64,000 nt of DNA from an uncultured delta proteobacterium (lineage in GTDB: Bacteria > Desulfobacterota > BSN033 > UBA1163): contig CAVPSJ010000004.1 in assembly GCA_963708295.1 (NCBI GenBank), positions 352,001-416,000 of the forward strand, in the 5' to 3' direction. Made by a program: the position numbers and the translations under genes. Below are positions 34,107-42,799 of the stretch, in pieces. Under the pieces are notes generated by a model. The model saw nothing but the letters and a program-made list of their open reading frames with translations. It did not search any database and had not been told where the DNA came from. Within the stretch, counting starts at the first letter, position 1; each line of letters opens with the position of its first letter.

Positions 34107-35408
34107 TTCCCTTCCCCCCCTTCGAGGATTTGTTTTCCAATCGCCGCTCCTAAACTCGCCACGTTCTTCTCATATTCAGTCAAGGCCTGGTGATACTCCA
34201 ATTCATATTTGTAGAGCGTCATCTGACTATCCAACAGGGTCATAAAATCGGCCTTATTCACTCGATAGGAACTCATGGCTGAATTGATTTGAAGACTCGT
34301 CTGCGGGAGTATTCCTGTTTTATAGAGCTCGATTTGTCTTTCCCCCCGCTGGATCATGGAAGCCATATCGGTAATCATGAAAAGGACCTCATTCTTCATG
34401 GCTCGATATTGGGCTTCTGTGGCAAGAATCTCAGCTTTTGTCTCCGCCACTTTTCGATCCTGCTTCGACTTAAAGTATATCGGAATATTGAGTTCCATCA
34501 TCCCTGTAAGCATGTCACGGCGTTTCATGTCGGGACCATTATCTCTCTGACCATAGGCAAACCTAAAATTGATGTCAGGGTAGTATTCTCTCTTGGCAAG
34601 GGCGTAGGCCTTTTCCTTTGCTTCAATCATTTTCCTCATTCCCTTTAGAGTCGGGTTCATCTCTAGGGCCATTTTCTGGAGTTCTTCAATGGTGAAGGGA
34701 AATTCTCTAAGAACAACTTCTTCAGGTTCCCCCAAGGGCATTTCCGGAGGCCGATTGAGCAAGGCATTCAACTTTGCTTCCAGGGCCCTTTTCCGTTGCC
34801 CCAGCATAATCAGGTCATCCACCATTTTGGAGACTTCTACATGAGCCTTGAACACATCCTGCTGTATTCCCTCTCCGACGGCATAGCGTGTTTCGGCAAT
34901 CTTTGCAAAATCTTCCAGAATCCTTTTGTTCCTTTGGGTGACTTCTGTTGTCCGGTAGTTGTGAGAGAGCTCATAATAGGCCGTCTTCACGTCCTTAATA
35001 ATTTGATGGACTTTTCCTTGAATCTCGGCGGAAACTGCCTCTGCCTCCTTGGATGCCATCTCCTTCATCAATGGTCTCTTACCAGGAAATGGAAACTTCT
35101 GGGAGATGGAAAATTCCTTCATCGTCATATCTTCATCTTTAAAACTAAAGTTGGTAGGGAGGTTGACGATTCCAAAACCGAACATCGGGTCTTCCAACGC
35201 ATAGGACTGGGGGATTTTTTCCTTATAAATCTCCCACTTTATCTTTACCGCTGAAATTTCCGGATTGTTCTGAAGAGCCTCATCCACCAATCGATCTACA
35301 TTCAACCTCGGTTTTTCCGACTGAGCTGATGAGGAATAAGGCAATAACACCAAAGATGAAAGAAAAGAAGAAAATCCCCTTTACCAACCCAAATAACCTT
35401 AACCCCAT
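34103..35408 (-). CDS. cusC: TolC/CusC-family outer membrane efflux protein (signal-peptide region frameshifted)
   Basis: ALQNNPEI, SQKFPFPGKR, YYPD motifs; ATG at 35408 after GAAGGTG, out of frame with the ORF by an apparent indel. Confidence 0.8.
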
Positions 35409-35689
35409 TTAATCACCTTCCTTCTGTAAAATTGTCCAGTTTTCAATGAGACTATTTAGATAATCTCTTTTACGGTAATAAGAATGTGTTGACAAGTAAA
35501 TACTCACAACTTGTTATTTTAACTGGAAAAAGACAGTACATTCTCCCATTTTCAACTCATTCAAGAGCTAAGACTAGCGATGCCGGAGCGTGCCCTATAA
35601 ACTCTTTTGATTTTAAAGAATTGAATCCATGAATATTTTAGAACCCATTCGTGCTCAAAATTAAGACAAAAAAGCTCTTGACCTTTCCG

Positions 35690-35719
35690 GTTAAACCTTT
35701 AGGGGGGTAAAGGTTTAAC
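35690..35719. promoter_or_regulatory. palindromic G6-tract operator (CsoR/RcnR-type architecture), copy 1
   Basis: Perfect 12-bp inverted repeat GTTAAACCTTTA-GGGGGG-TAAAGGTTTAAC upstream of cusC. Confidence 0.6.
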
Positions 35720-35880
35720 GATTCGGGGACCTAACTTCAATCAGGTCCTTGGCCAAGAGCTTTTTCTTATTAATTGAAATTATAAACTTATAAGCTTTTC
35801 TTTTAGACTAAACTGACGGTGAATCCCAATTCAAGAAACTTGCATTCCTTATAAAAATAATAAGTTCTTTAACTTTAATC

Positions 35881-35896
35881 AGCAATCCTTGTGCCA
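35881..35896 (-). promoter_or_regulatory. sigma54 (-24/-12) promoter facing cusCBA
   Basis: Minus strand TGGCAC-AAGGA-TTGCT, exact consensus spacing. Confidence 0.65.
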
Positions 35897-35925
35897 AGGT
35901 CCCGCACCTAATGATTCGTCCCCCT

Positions 35926-36219
35926 TCATCCCCGGGGAATAAAGTTTGGACTTAAATATTCAGGAGGATGAAAGATCGAATTTACCAACCCATCGCTTAA
36001 CAGCAGCATTTTGGCTGGAATGAGAAGGCCGTTAAATGGAAGGCTTGAAATTTCTGAGACAACGATATCCACAATCATCGGACAGTGAAATGGAACTCCG
36101 CAATCCATCTTCATATTCCCCGAGTGATTTTCCTCCGGGCATCCATCCATGTGAAACACGGGGGCATAGGACAAAAGGATTCCGATAACAAGGAGGCATC
36201 CTATGGTTTTCATATCCAT
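35926..36219 (-). CDS. small secreted Cys/His/Met protein with C-terminal IFHPP motif
   Basis: Hydrophobic N-terminus, HMDGC...H...MKMDC...FHC, SIFHPP; RBS GGGAGA. Confidence 0.6.
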   Translation of the reverse strand: MDMKTIGCLLVIGILLSYAPVFHMDGCPEENHSGNMKMDCGVPFHCPMIVDIVVSEISSLPFNGLLIPAKMLLLSDGLVNSIFHPPEYLSPNFIPRG

Positions 36220-36259
36220 TTTCTCCCATCCAAAAGGAGATAGCCTTTGACCGACCTGC

Positions 36260-36282
36260 TAAACCTTTAGGGGGGTGAAGGT
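36260..36282. promoter_or_regulatory. G6-tract operator, copy 2
   Basis: TAAACCTTTAGGGGGGTGAAGGT, 22/23 identical to copy 1; overlaps the cysM stop codon. Confidence 0.55.
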
Positions 36283-37313
36283 GTTAACTTCGGGTGTTCA
36301 ACGGAGAACCGTATTTTCTGTCTTTCACAACCAGGGCAGTACTCAGGATATCGCTCCCCTCCATCCGGAAAAATTGTTACAATCACACCCCGGTCAATCG
36401 ACTCTGCCAACTTCAATGAGGCCCAGAAAGCAGCACCCGAAGAAGGCCCTACCCAGAGACCTTCCTCCTTTGTCAGACGGATCATCATCTCGTAAGCATC
36501 TTCTGTTTTAACAAAGAATGTCCCATCCAGGATGGATTCGTCATAAATCCCCGGACGGATGGCGGTTTCAATATGCTTCAACCCTTCTATCCCATGGAAA
36601 CCGCTGTCCGGTTGAACCCCGAAGACTCTCATTTTGGAGTTATACTCCTTCAACCTTCTCCCTGTGCCCATCACTGTACCCCCTGTCCCAACACCTGCGA
36701 TGAAATGGGTCACTCGCCTCTTGCTCTGATGCAGAATCTCCAATCCTGTGCTTTCATAGTGGGCCCGCCAGTTGGATGGGTTATTATACTGGTCTGCCTT
36801 AAAGTACTGATTGGGATTTGATTCATAGATTTCTCTGGCTTTCAGAAGAGCTCCATCTGAACCCATCAAAGGATCTGTGAAGATCAGTCTCACACCATAG
36901 GCTTCCAGAGCTTTCTTTCTCTCCTCGCTCACATTGGCAGGAACGACCAGTTCCACGCGATACCCTTTGATCGCCCCAATCATCGCATAAGCGATCCCTG
37001 TGTTCCCCGAAGTGGAATCAAGGATGATCTTTCCCCGGGTCAGCTCGCCAGATCGTTCTCCATCTTCGATAATCCTCAGGCCGGCCCGATCCTTGACAGA
37101 CCCTCCAGGATTGAGCCATTCCGCTTTTGCAAAAATCTGAACTCCTCTCAGGTGCTTGGTCACGCGGCAGATCTGTATCAGAGGTGTATTTCCAATGAAG
37201 GTAAGCAGGGAATCTGGATTTGCACTCCTTATATCTTTTCGGTCCTGCAAGACATCCCTGATTTGAAGGGCTTCCATCAATCCATCCTTTGTCTGCAATC
37301 CGGCGTTAGCCAA
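36267..37313 (-). CDS. cysM: PLP-dependent cysteine synthase, CysM type (probably sulfur-carrier dependent)
   Basis: NPGGSVKDR, STSGNTG, GVGTGGT, GIEGLK, GERY; operonic with mec/moeB/cysO. Confidence 0.85.
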   Translation of the reverse strand: MANAGLQTKDGLMEALQIRDVLQDRKDIRSANPDSLLTFIGNTPLIQICRVTKHLRGVQIFAKAEWLNPGGSVKDRAGLRIIEDGERSGELTRGKIILDSTSGNTGIAYAMIGAIKGYRVELVVPANVSEERKKALEAYGVRLIFTDPLMGSDGALLKAREIYESNPNQYFKADQYNNPSNWRAHYESTGLEILHQSKRRVTHFIAGVGTGGTVMGTGRRLKEYNSKMRVFGVQPDSGFHGIEGLKHIETAIRPGIYDESILDGTFFVKTEDAYEMMIRLTKEEGLWVGPSSGAAFWASLKLAESIDRGVIVTIFPDGGERYPEYCPGCERQKIRFSVEHPKLTPSPP

Positions 37314-37707
37314 TCACGTCGATCTCCTCAAGGTAGATGGCTTCTTTCTCAATCTGGAAAGCTTTCACCACTGGATTTTTCTCCTCTTTTAAAGAGATGA
37401 TGATGGAGGAGACATCCGGATAGAAAGTCAATTTCACATCGGTCTCAGACGGGAATGGAATCGTATGAGGATGGGAATGATAGATGGCAACCATTCTCAT
37501 CGATTCCTTTTCCATTTCCTCAAAGACCTTCATTTGCTCTTGTGGAGACATGGAATAGAGAACCGGACTTTCCTCCGTATTCCGAAGTTCGAAAGACTTT
37601 TGGACGGTTTTATCCTTCCCGCTTAAAATCCCGCAGCACTCTAAGGGCCACTCCCTTTTCGCATGGTCCACCATTTCTTGAAAAATCGTTTTGGGAATGC
37701 GAATCAT
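37306..37707 (-). CDS. mec: JAMM/M67 metallopeptidase (Mec-like, sulfur-carrier processing)
   Basis: PLECCG, YHSHP...PSETD JAMM motif. Confidence 0.88.
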   Translation of the reverse strand: MIRIPKTIFQEMVDHAKREWPLECCGILSGKDKTVQKSFELRNTEESPVLYSMSPQEQMKVFEEMEKESMRMVAIYHSHPHTIPFPSETDVKLTFYPDVSSIIISLKEEKNPVVKAFQIEKEAIYLEEIDVIG

Positions 37708-37721
37708 TGAAAAACCCTTTT

Positions 37722-38705
37722 CTAATGGCCGGGCGGCGGACCTGTTTCAATACTCTCGCTTGCCCTGCTCCACTCGATCCATGAACCATCATAGTTATGG
37801 AGCTTCTCCAAGGGATAACCGACCAAATAGAGGCTCACCAAACTGTGAGCCGAGCGCACCCCGGAGTGTCAGTAGAGGTAAATGTCTTTTTCCGGTGTGA
37901 CTCCTCTGGCGGAAAAGGTTTTCTTAATCTCTTCTGCCGATTTCCAGTAGCCCTTATAAGGCCCTTCCTCCAAAATCGCCTCTTTCCATTCAATCCAGGT
38001 AACCCCGGGAATGCGGCCACCTTGGGTAGCACCTTTCTTTATCTCTTCGCCCACATATTCCTTCTTGGTGCGGACATCTAAGACAATTCTACCGGGTCTT
38101 TTCAATGCCGACTTGACCTCCGGCAAGGTGCAAAACAACGGTTTTCGTCCTTCCGTCTCCCCCTGGAGCTTGAATCTCGTCTTCTCCAGTTGGGCGGGTA
38201 TTACCTCAAGGGGATGGCCCTTTGCTTTCCAACCATCAATGCCCCCATCAAGAAGTTTCATCTGTTTCAGGGGAAATCCATAGTAGGCAAGAATCCACCA
38301 AAGCCTCGCATGGTCATACAGATCCGAATAGATGATCAGGGTATTCTTCTCACGGATCCCCAGGTTTCCCAAAAGCGCTTCCATCTGGGGTTGGGGAGCC
38401 ATCATCCCGGGGATGGGATGATTTTTATCCTCCATATCCGGACGCCACACCTGGACGGCTCCTGGAATATGGCCGCTGAGATACTGAAGTTTCTCGCGTA
38501 CGTCGATGATTCGAATTTTGGGGTCTTTTTTCTGAACAAGGGCATTAAGTTCATCGGGCTGGATAATCATTTCTGGATGAGCATATCCTCCGTTGGGAAC
38601 GGCATGGGAGGCTTGGGTTAAGGAGATAAGAAACAAGGCTAGGGCGAATATCAAAGCAAATGTCCTGGTCCGTTTTATAGGCGTCTTAGATTCCTCGCCA
38701 ATCAT
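37722..38705 (-). CDS. two-domain rhodanese/sulfurtransferase, selenoprotein (Sec279), with N-terminal signal peptide
   Basis: GHIPGA, LDGG, GRIPG; DIYLY-U(TGA 37869-37871)-HSGVRSA continues in frame to YDGSWIEWS...PPGH-TAG at 37722 (327 aa). Confidence 0.88.
37832..37851 (-). promoter_or_regulatory. SECIS-like hairpin of the sulfurtransferase
   Basis: GGCUCAC-AGUUUG-GUGAGCC, 17 nt after the UGA. Confidence 0.65.
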
Positions 38706-38724
38706 TGAACCCGTCCCGATTTCC

Positions 38725-39936
38725 TTAAACGGCCGCCTGGCTTGTCGTCTCCAAGCTGCATGTATGCTGATAATCGGCCAGTCCCGTTATTTTCGGTTTC
38801 CCATTACAAAGGGGGCATGATGGATTTTTTCTGATCTGAAACGTTTTGAATTCCATTTCCAGGGATTGGTACATCAAGAATTGGCCGATCAGGGGTTTCC
38901 CTTTTTTCAAAATCAACTTGATCGCTTCGGTAGCCTGAATCAATCCGACTTGCCCGGGCACAACTCCCAGGACACCTGCTTCGTCTCAGCTGGGGACCAG
39001 ACCCGGCGGGGGAGGTTCAGGAAAGAGACAGCGCAAACACGGCCCTCCCTCTTTTGGAAAAAAGACACTGGCCTGGCCTTCAAATTGAAAGACGCCTCCA
39101 TAAATATAAGGCTTCCCGGTAAAGAAAGAAGCGTCGTTGACGAGATATTTCGTTGGGAAATTATCAGATCCATCAATGATGATATCGTACCCTTGAAAAA
39201 TCTCGAGAGCATTCTCCGGAGTCAATCGCTTTTGATAAGTCTCAACTTTTACATCGGGATTAATTCGATGAATGGCCTCTTTGGCTGATTCAGTCTTTGG
39301 CCTTCCCACATCAGACAAGCCGTGCAATATCTGCCGCTGGAGGTTGGTCAAATCCACTTTGTCCGAATCAATAATCCCAAGGGTTCCTACTCCCGCAGCA
39401 GCCAGATAAAGAGCGGCCGGACACCCCAGCCCTCCCGCACCGACCAGAAGGACTTTTGCATTTAACAGTCGAATCTGTCCTTCCATCCCGACGTCTTTAA
39501 GCAGAAGGTGCCGGCTATACCGGCTGAGTTGATCGGGCGTTAATTCGGAATCGCTCACCACTTCATAGCCAGCCGCCTTCCAACCATCGATCCCTTTGGC
39601 CATGGACAAGACATGGGTATACCCTTTTTCCTTCATCAACTTGGCAGCGGCGAGTGAACGGATACCTCCTGCGCAGTAAACGACCACGGAGGCATTCTTA
39701 TCAGGCAGCAGGGTCTCCACCTTTTCGCCTAAGAGGGCTTGAGCAAGGAAAGTTGCTCCCTGAATATATCCAAGCGCTATCTCCTCCTTCTCCCGGATAT
39801 CGAGGAGGACAACGGGCCCCTTTTTTTGAAGGAGTTGACGGGCCTCCTCAACAGAGACTTCGGAACCTTGTCTCTTGGCCTTGATGATAAACCAATCTTT
39901 GAAGGCAGTGATTGTCTTCAACGTTCCTATTTTCAT
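38725..39936 (-). CDS. moeB: rhodanese-MoeB/ThiF (E1-like) adenylyltransferase fusion, selenoprotein (Sec317)
   Basis: N-terminal rhodanese (YCAGGIRS), RYSRH, GAGGLG, NLQRQ, CLRC; PPPGLVPS-U(TGA 38986-38988)-DEAGVLG joins ORFs 38986..39936 and 38725..38961 in frame; distal CPLC. Confidence 0.9.
38951..38974 (-). promoter_or_regulatory. SECIS-like hairpin of moeB
   Basis: UGUCCUGGG-AGUUGUG-CCCGGGCA (one bulge), 11 nt after the UGA. Confidence 0.55.
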
Positions 39937-39972
39937 TTGATACCCTCGTTTCTCTCCGTATGATGCGGAGAG

Positions 39973-40263
39973 TCACCTTTCCACCGAAGAACCACCGGCA
40001 ATGGCCGGGATGATAGAAATCTGATCCCCTTCTTTCAAAGGGGTCTCCAAGTTCCGGATGAATCGGATATCTTCGTCATTGACATAGATGTTGATGAATC
40101 GCCTCACCTCGCCCTTTTCATCCCTGAGTCTTTCTTCAAGCCCAGGATAAGTGTCCGTCAACGATCGAAGCACTTCTCCAACTGTATTCCCTTGCGACCT
40201 AATCACATCCTGTTCCCCGGCCAATTTCTTCAACGGGGCAGGGATTCGAACATGGACTTGCAT
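39973..40263 (-). CDS. MoaD/ThiS/CysO-type ubiquitin-like sulfur carrier with C-terminal extension
   Basis: MQVHVRIPAPL...FINIYVNDEDIRF...IIPAIAGG-SSVER; RBS GGAGGA before ATG 40263. Confidence 0.9.
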   Translation of the reverse strand: MQVHVRIPAPLKKLAGEQDVIRSQGNTVGEVLRSLTDTYPGLEERLRDEKGEVRRFINIYVNDEDIRFIRNLETPLKEGDQISIIPAIAGGSSVER

Positions 40264-40517
40264 GCTTTCCTCCATCATAGACTTGGTTTCAGTCAATTTT
40301 CTTAGAGTTTTGCTTTCTTGATTTCTCATTCAAAGCACGCTGTGACTTCATATTGTTTCATTTTTTATTTCGAATTCTAAAAAAAGTACTTTATAAAAAT
40401 TATCAAGAAATAGCTTACAAAAAATGGGAAATTACAAATTTCCCCCTTTAATTTACACAAAAGTAACCGCAACTATTTAGAATATAAGAAGTTATAAATA
40501 ATTCATATCTTTTTTTT

Positions 40518-40546
40518 ATGCTACCATTGTTTATAAAATATGTCAA
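40518..40546 (-). promoter_or_regulatory. sigma70-like promoter of the sulfur-carrier operon
   Basis: TTGACA-17 nt-TAGCAT with a TG extension. Confidence 0.55.
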
Positions 40547-40554
40547 GAAGAAAA

Positions 40555-41019
40555 CTAAATATAATACATAAACCTCTTATCAAAATCCTTCTTAATTCCC
40601 ATTTCTTTAGCCAGGTTGCAAAGGTCCCTAACCGTTACAGAATCAAAATATTCTCTTAATCTTTTTCCTGCTTCATTCCAAACAATTTGAGTCACGCATT
40701 CACCTGATCTTTCACATGGTTGGGATGAGCCCCCTTCGTCAACGCAACGAACCGGGTTTATACTACCCTCTGTGATTTGGACGATTTCGCGAATGGTAAT
40801 ATCTTCGGGTTTTTTCCCCAAAAAATAGCCACCCGAAGGGCCCCTTTTGCTCCGAACTACTCCCGCTCTTTTTAGTTTCTGGAAGATCTGTTCCAAATAG
40901 CGCTGAGATATTCCCTGTCTTCGAGAGATGTCCTTGACCTGCGTTTCTAATCCTTCGGAATGATAGGCAATATCGAAAATAGCTCTTACCCCATATCGGC
41001 TTTGCGTGGATAGTCTCAT
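40555..41019 (-). CDS. Rrf2-family regulator (IscR/CymR-like, three Cys)
   Basis: MRLSTQSRYG, YLEQIF, SKRGPSGGY, C...C...C cluster ligands. Confidence 0.9.
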   Translation of the reverse strand: MRLSTQSRYGVRAIFDIAYHSEGLETQVKDISRRQGISQRYLEQIFQKLKRAGVVRSKRGPSGGYFLGKKPEDITIREIVQITEGSINPVRCVDEGGSSQPCERSGECVTQIVWNEAGKRLREYFDSVTVRDLCNLAKEMGIKKDFDKRFMYYI

Positions 41020-41043
41020 TCTACGTAAAACCTTTCAGATTTC

Positions 41044-41075
41044 CTTATAATATTCCTGATGAAAATTGTCAAGAA
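41044..41075 (-). promoter_or_regulatory. sigma70 promoter overlapped by an Rrf2/IscR-like inverted repeat
   Basis: TTGACA-17-TATAAG; inverted repeat TTCTTGA-N9-TCAGGAA (41053-41075). Confidence 0.6.
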
Positions 41076-41162
41076 AAATCTTTTCTGGGAAAGGTGAGCA
41101 CATTTTTCAAAAGGGAGTAAAAAAGGGTTGTTTACAGGGCCATCCTTTTTTATAATGATTGT

Positions 41163-41366
41163 ATGCGGAAACCTGATTTCGAACAGTTCGAAGCAACCTC
41201 TCTTTACTGTCCTCGGTGCAAAGCAGCGGTCCCCGTGAGGAAGAGGTTGCTTCTGGTCTTACCCGAAGGGGACGAATACGAGTATCTGTGTGCCTATTGC
41301 TCCTCGTCGGTAGGGACCAAAACTGACAAGAATGCCCCCCAGATCGATATGATTATAAAACCCTGA
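41163..41366 (+). CDS. small zinc-ribbon protein
   Basis: CPRC...CAYC in 67 aa. Confidence 0.6.
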   Translation: MRKPDFEQFEATSLYCPRCKAAVPVRKRLLLVLPEGDEYEYLCAYCSSSVGTKTDKNAPQIDMIIKP

Positions 41367-41572
41367 CCTTTTGAATAACGTTCTTACGAGAATCAATTCA
41401 CCGGTGACCCATCTCTCCCGGGACAGGATTCGCATGGAGCGGTTAATCAAACCACCCTCCGCCGTGCACGGAGTGGGGTCGCGAGTTAAGGGCAGAGTGA
41501 GAAAAGGGCCGGTGAGCCGCCGTACAAAGCCTCGGAGAGTAATGGGAAGGGTCGTCCTTCGTCCGACCCTCT

Positions 41573-42709
41573 TTATTCCATCAACGCAGAGAGGGAAACG
41601 ACTTCAATTCCCTTCTCCTTCAGCTCAGGAATCATTTCTTTTATTGCCTTGAGCGTGGAGGGGTGCGGGTGGCCAATCCCGATCGCCTTCCCTTTGGAGA
41701 GGGAGATCTGAATCAGCTGCTCCAGCTGCCGCTTGATGTCTTCTTCAGTCGATGAATTGTCGATAAACACGCTCCTCTCCATAGCTTTCAAACCGACAGA
41801 CTGAGCAACTTGAAGACCGACGGTTTGGGGAGTGGTCCGGCTGTCTAAAAAGAAAAGCCCTCTTCTTTTCAATTCCGAAAAGATGACCTTTATCTTTTGC
41901 GGCTCTTCCATCAATCGAGACCCCATATGATTGCTTACCCCCGTGATGTAAGGAACCCCTTCAATATCTCTCGCGAGCTGGCGAAGTAATTTTGTCTCAT
42001 TCATCTCTTCGAGAAGAACCCCTTCCCCCGGCCGGATCTGAGGATAGCCCCGAGGCTCCATCGGAAGATGAAGAATGATCTCTTTTCCAAGTCGGTGGGC
42101 CTCTTCGGCAAGGGTCTTCGCGAAGGGAGTGAAGGGAAGAATGGCAAAAGTGACGGGGAGATCCCACCGAAGAAGTTCTTGAGAGATTTTGTCTTTGCTC
42201 CCAAGGTCATCAATCACAATAGCAATCCTGGGGTGGAAAACGGTTTTCGGAGTCGAGGGGGTAGAGAAGACAAAGGTGAGTTGATGGGTTACTCGATTCA
42301 GAACCCTGATTTCCAGTTGCAAGGAATCCTTGGATTTGGAGGACTGAATCGAAACGGTTTTCCCTAGGGGTGCGAGACTCCGTCTAAAATCTCTTTCGAT
42401 CGAAGAGAAAGTACGGGGTGAGAAAACCCGGACCTTCAGGGAGGATTTTTCCCAGGTCAGACCTCCGGCTTTTCTGGATGAGGACTGCTGAAGCAGGATA
42501 TTTTTCTTCTGGATCCCCATCTCATAAAGTTGGCCTTGGATGATTTGATCGGTCAGGGAAACTTTTTTGGAAAAATCCTCTTGGGAGGGAGGTTTTTCTC
42601 GCGTCAGATAGACATATCCGCCAAATATCAGAAGGACAGCGAGAAGGAAAAGGAAAAAATAACGCATCCATTTTCTTGACCTTCCTCGCCTCTTTGGCTG
42701 TTTGGCCAT
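41573..42709 (-). CDS. divergent polysaccharide deacetylase (YibQ family)
   Basis: IAIVIDDLG, HLPMEP, NHMGS, FLDSRT, IGHP. Confidence 0.9.
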   Translation of the reverse strand: MAKQPKRRGRSRKWMRYFFLFLLAVLLIFGGYVYLTREKPPSQEDFSKKVSLTDQIIQGQLYEMGIQKKNILLQQSSSRKAGGLTWEKSSLKVRVFSPRTFSSIERDFRRSLAPLGKTVSIQSSKSKDSLQLEIRVLNRVTHQLTFVFSTPSTPKTVFHPRIAIVIDDLGSKDKISQELLRWDLPVTFAILPFTPFAKTLAEEAHRLGKEIILHLPMEPRGYPQIRPGEGVLLEEMNETKLLRQLARDIEGVPYITGVSNHMGSRLMEEPQKIKVIFSELKRRGLFFLDSRTTPQTVGLQVAQSVGLKAMERSVFIDNSSTEEDIKRQLEQLIQISLSKGKAIGIGHPHPSTLKAIKEMIPELKEKGIEVVSLSALME

Positions 42710-42799
42710 TCAACCCCGTAAAACCCATGCTTGATGTCTTCTAGGGAACGGTTTCAAGCCCTGCCTACCGCGGACAGGCAGGCGTTCCGTTCTGACTGA

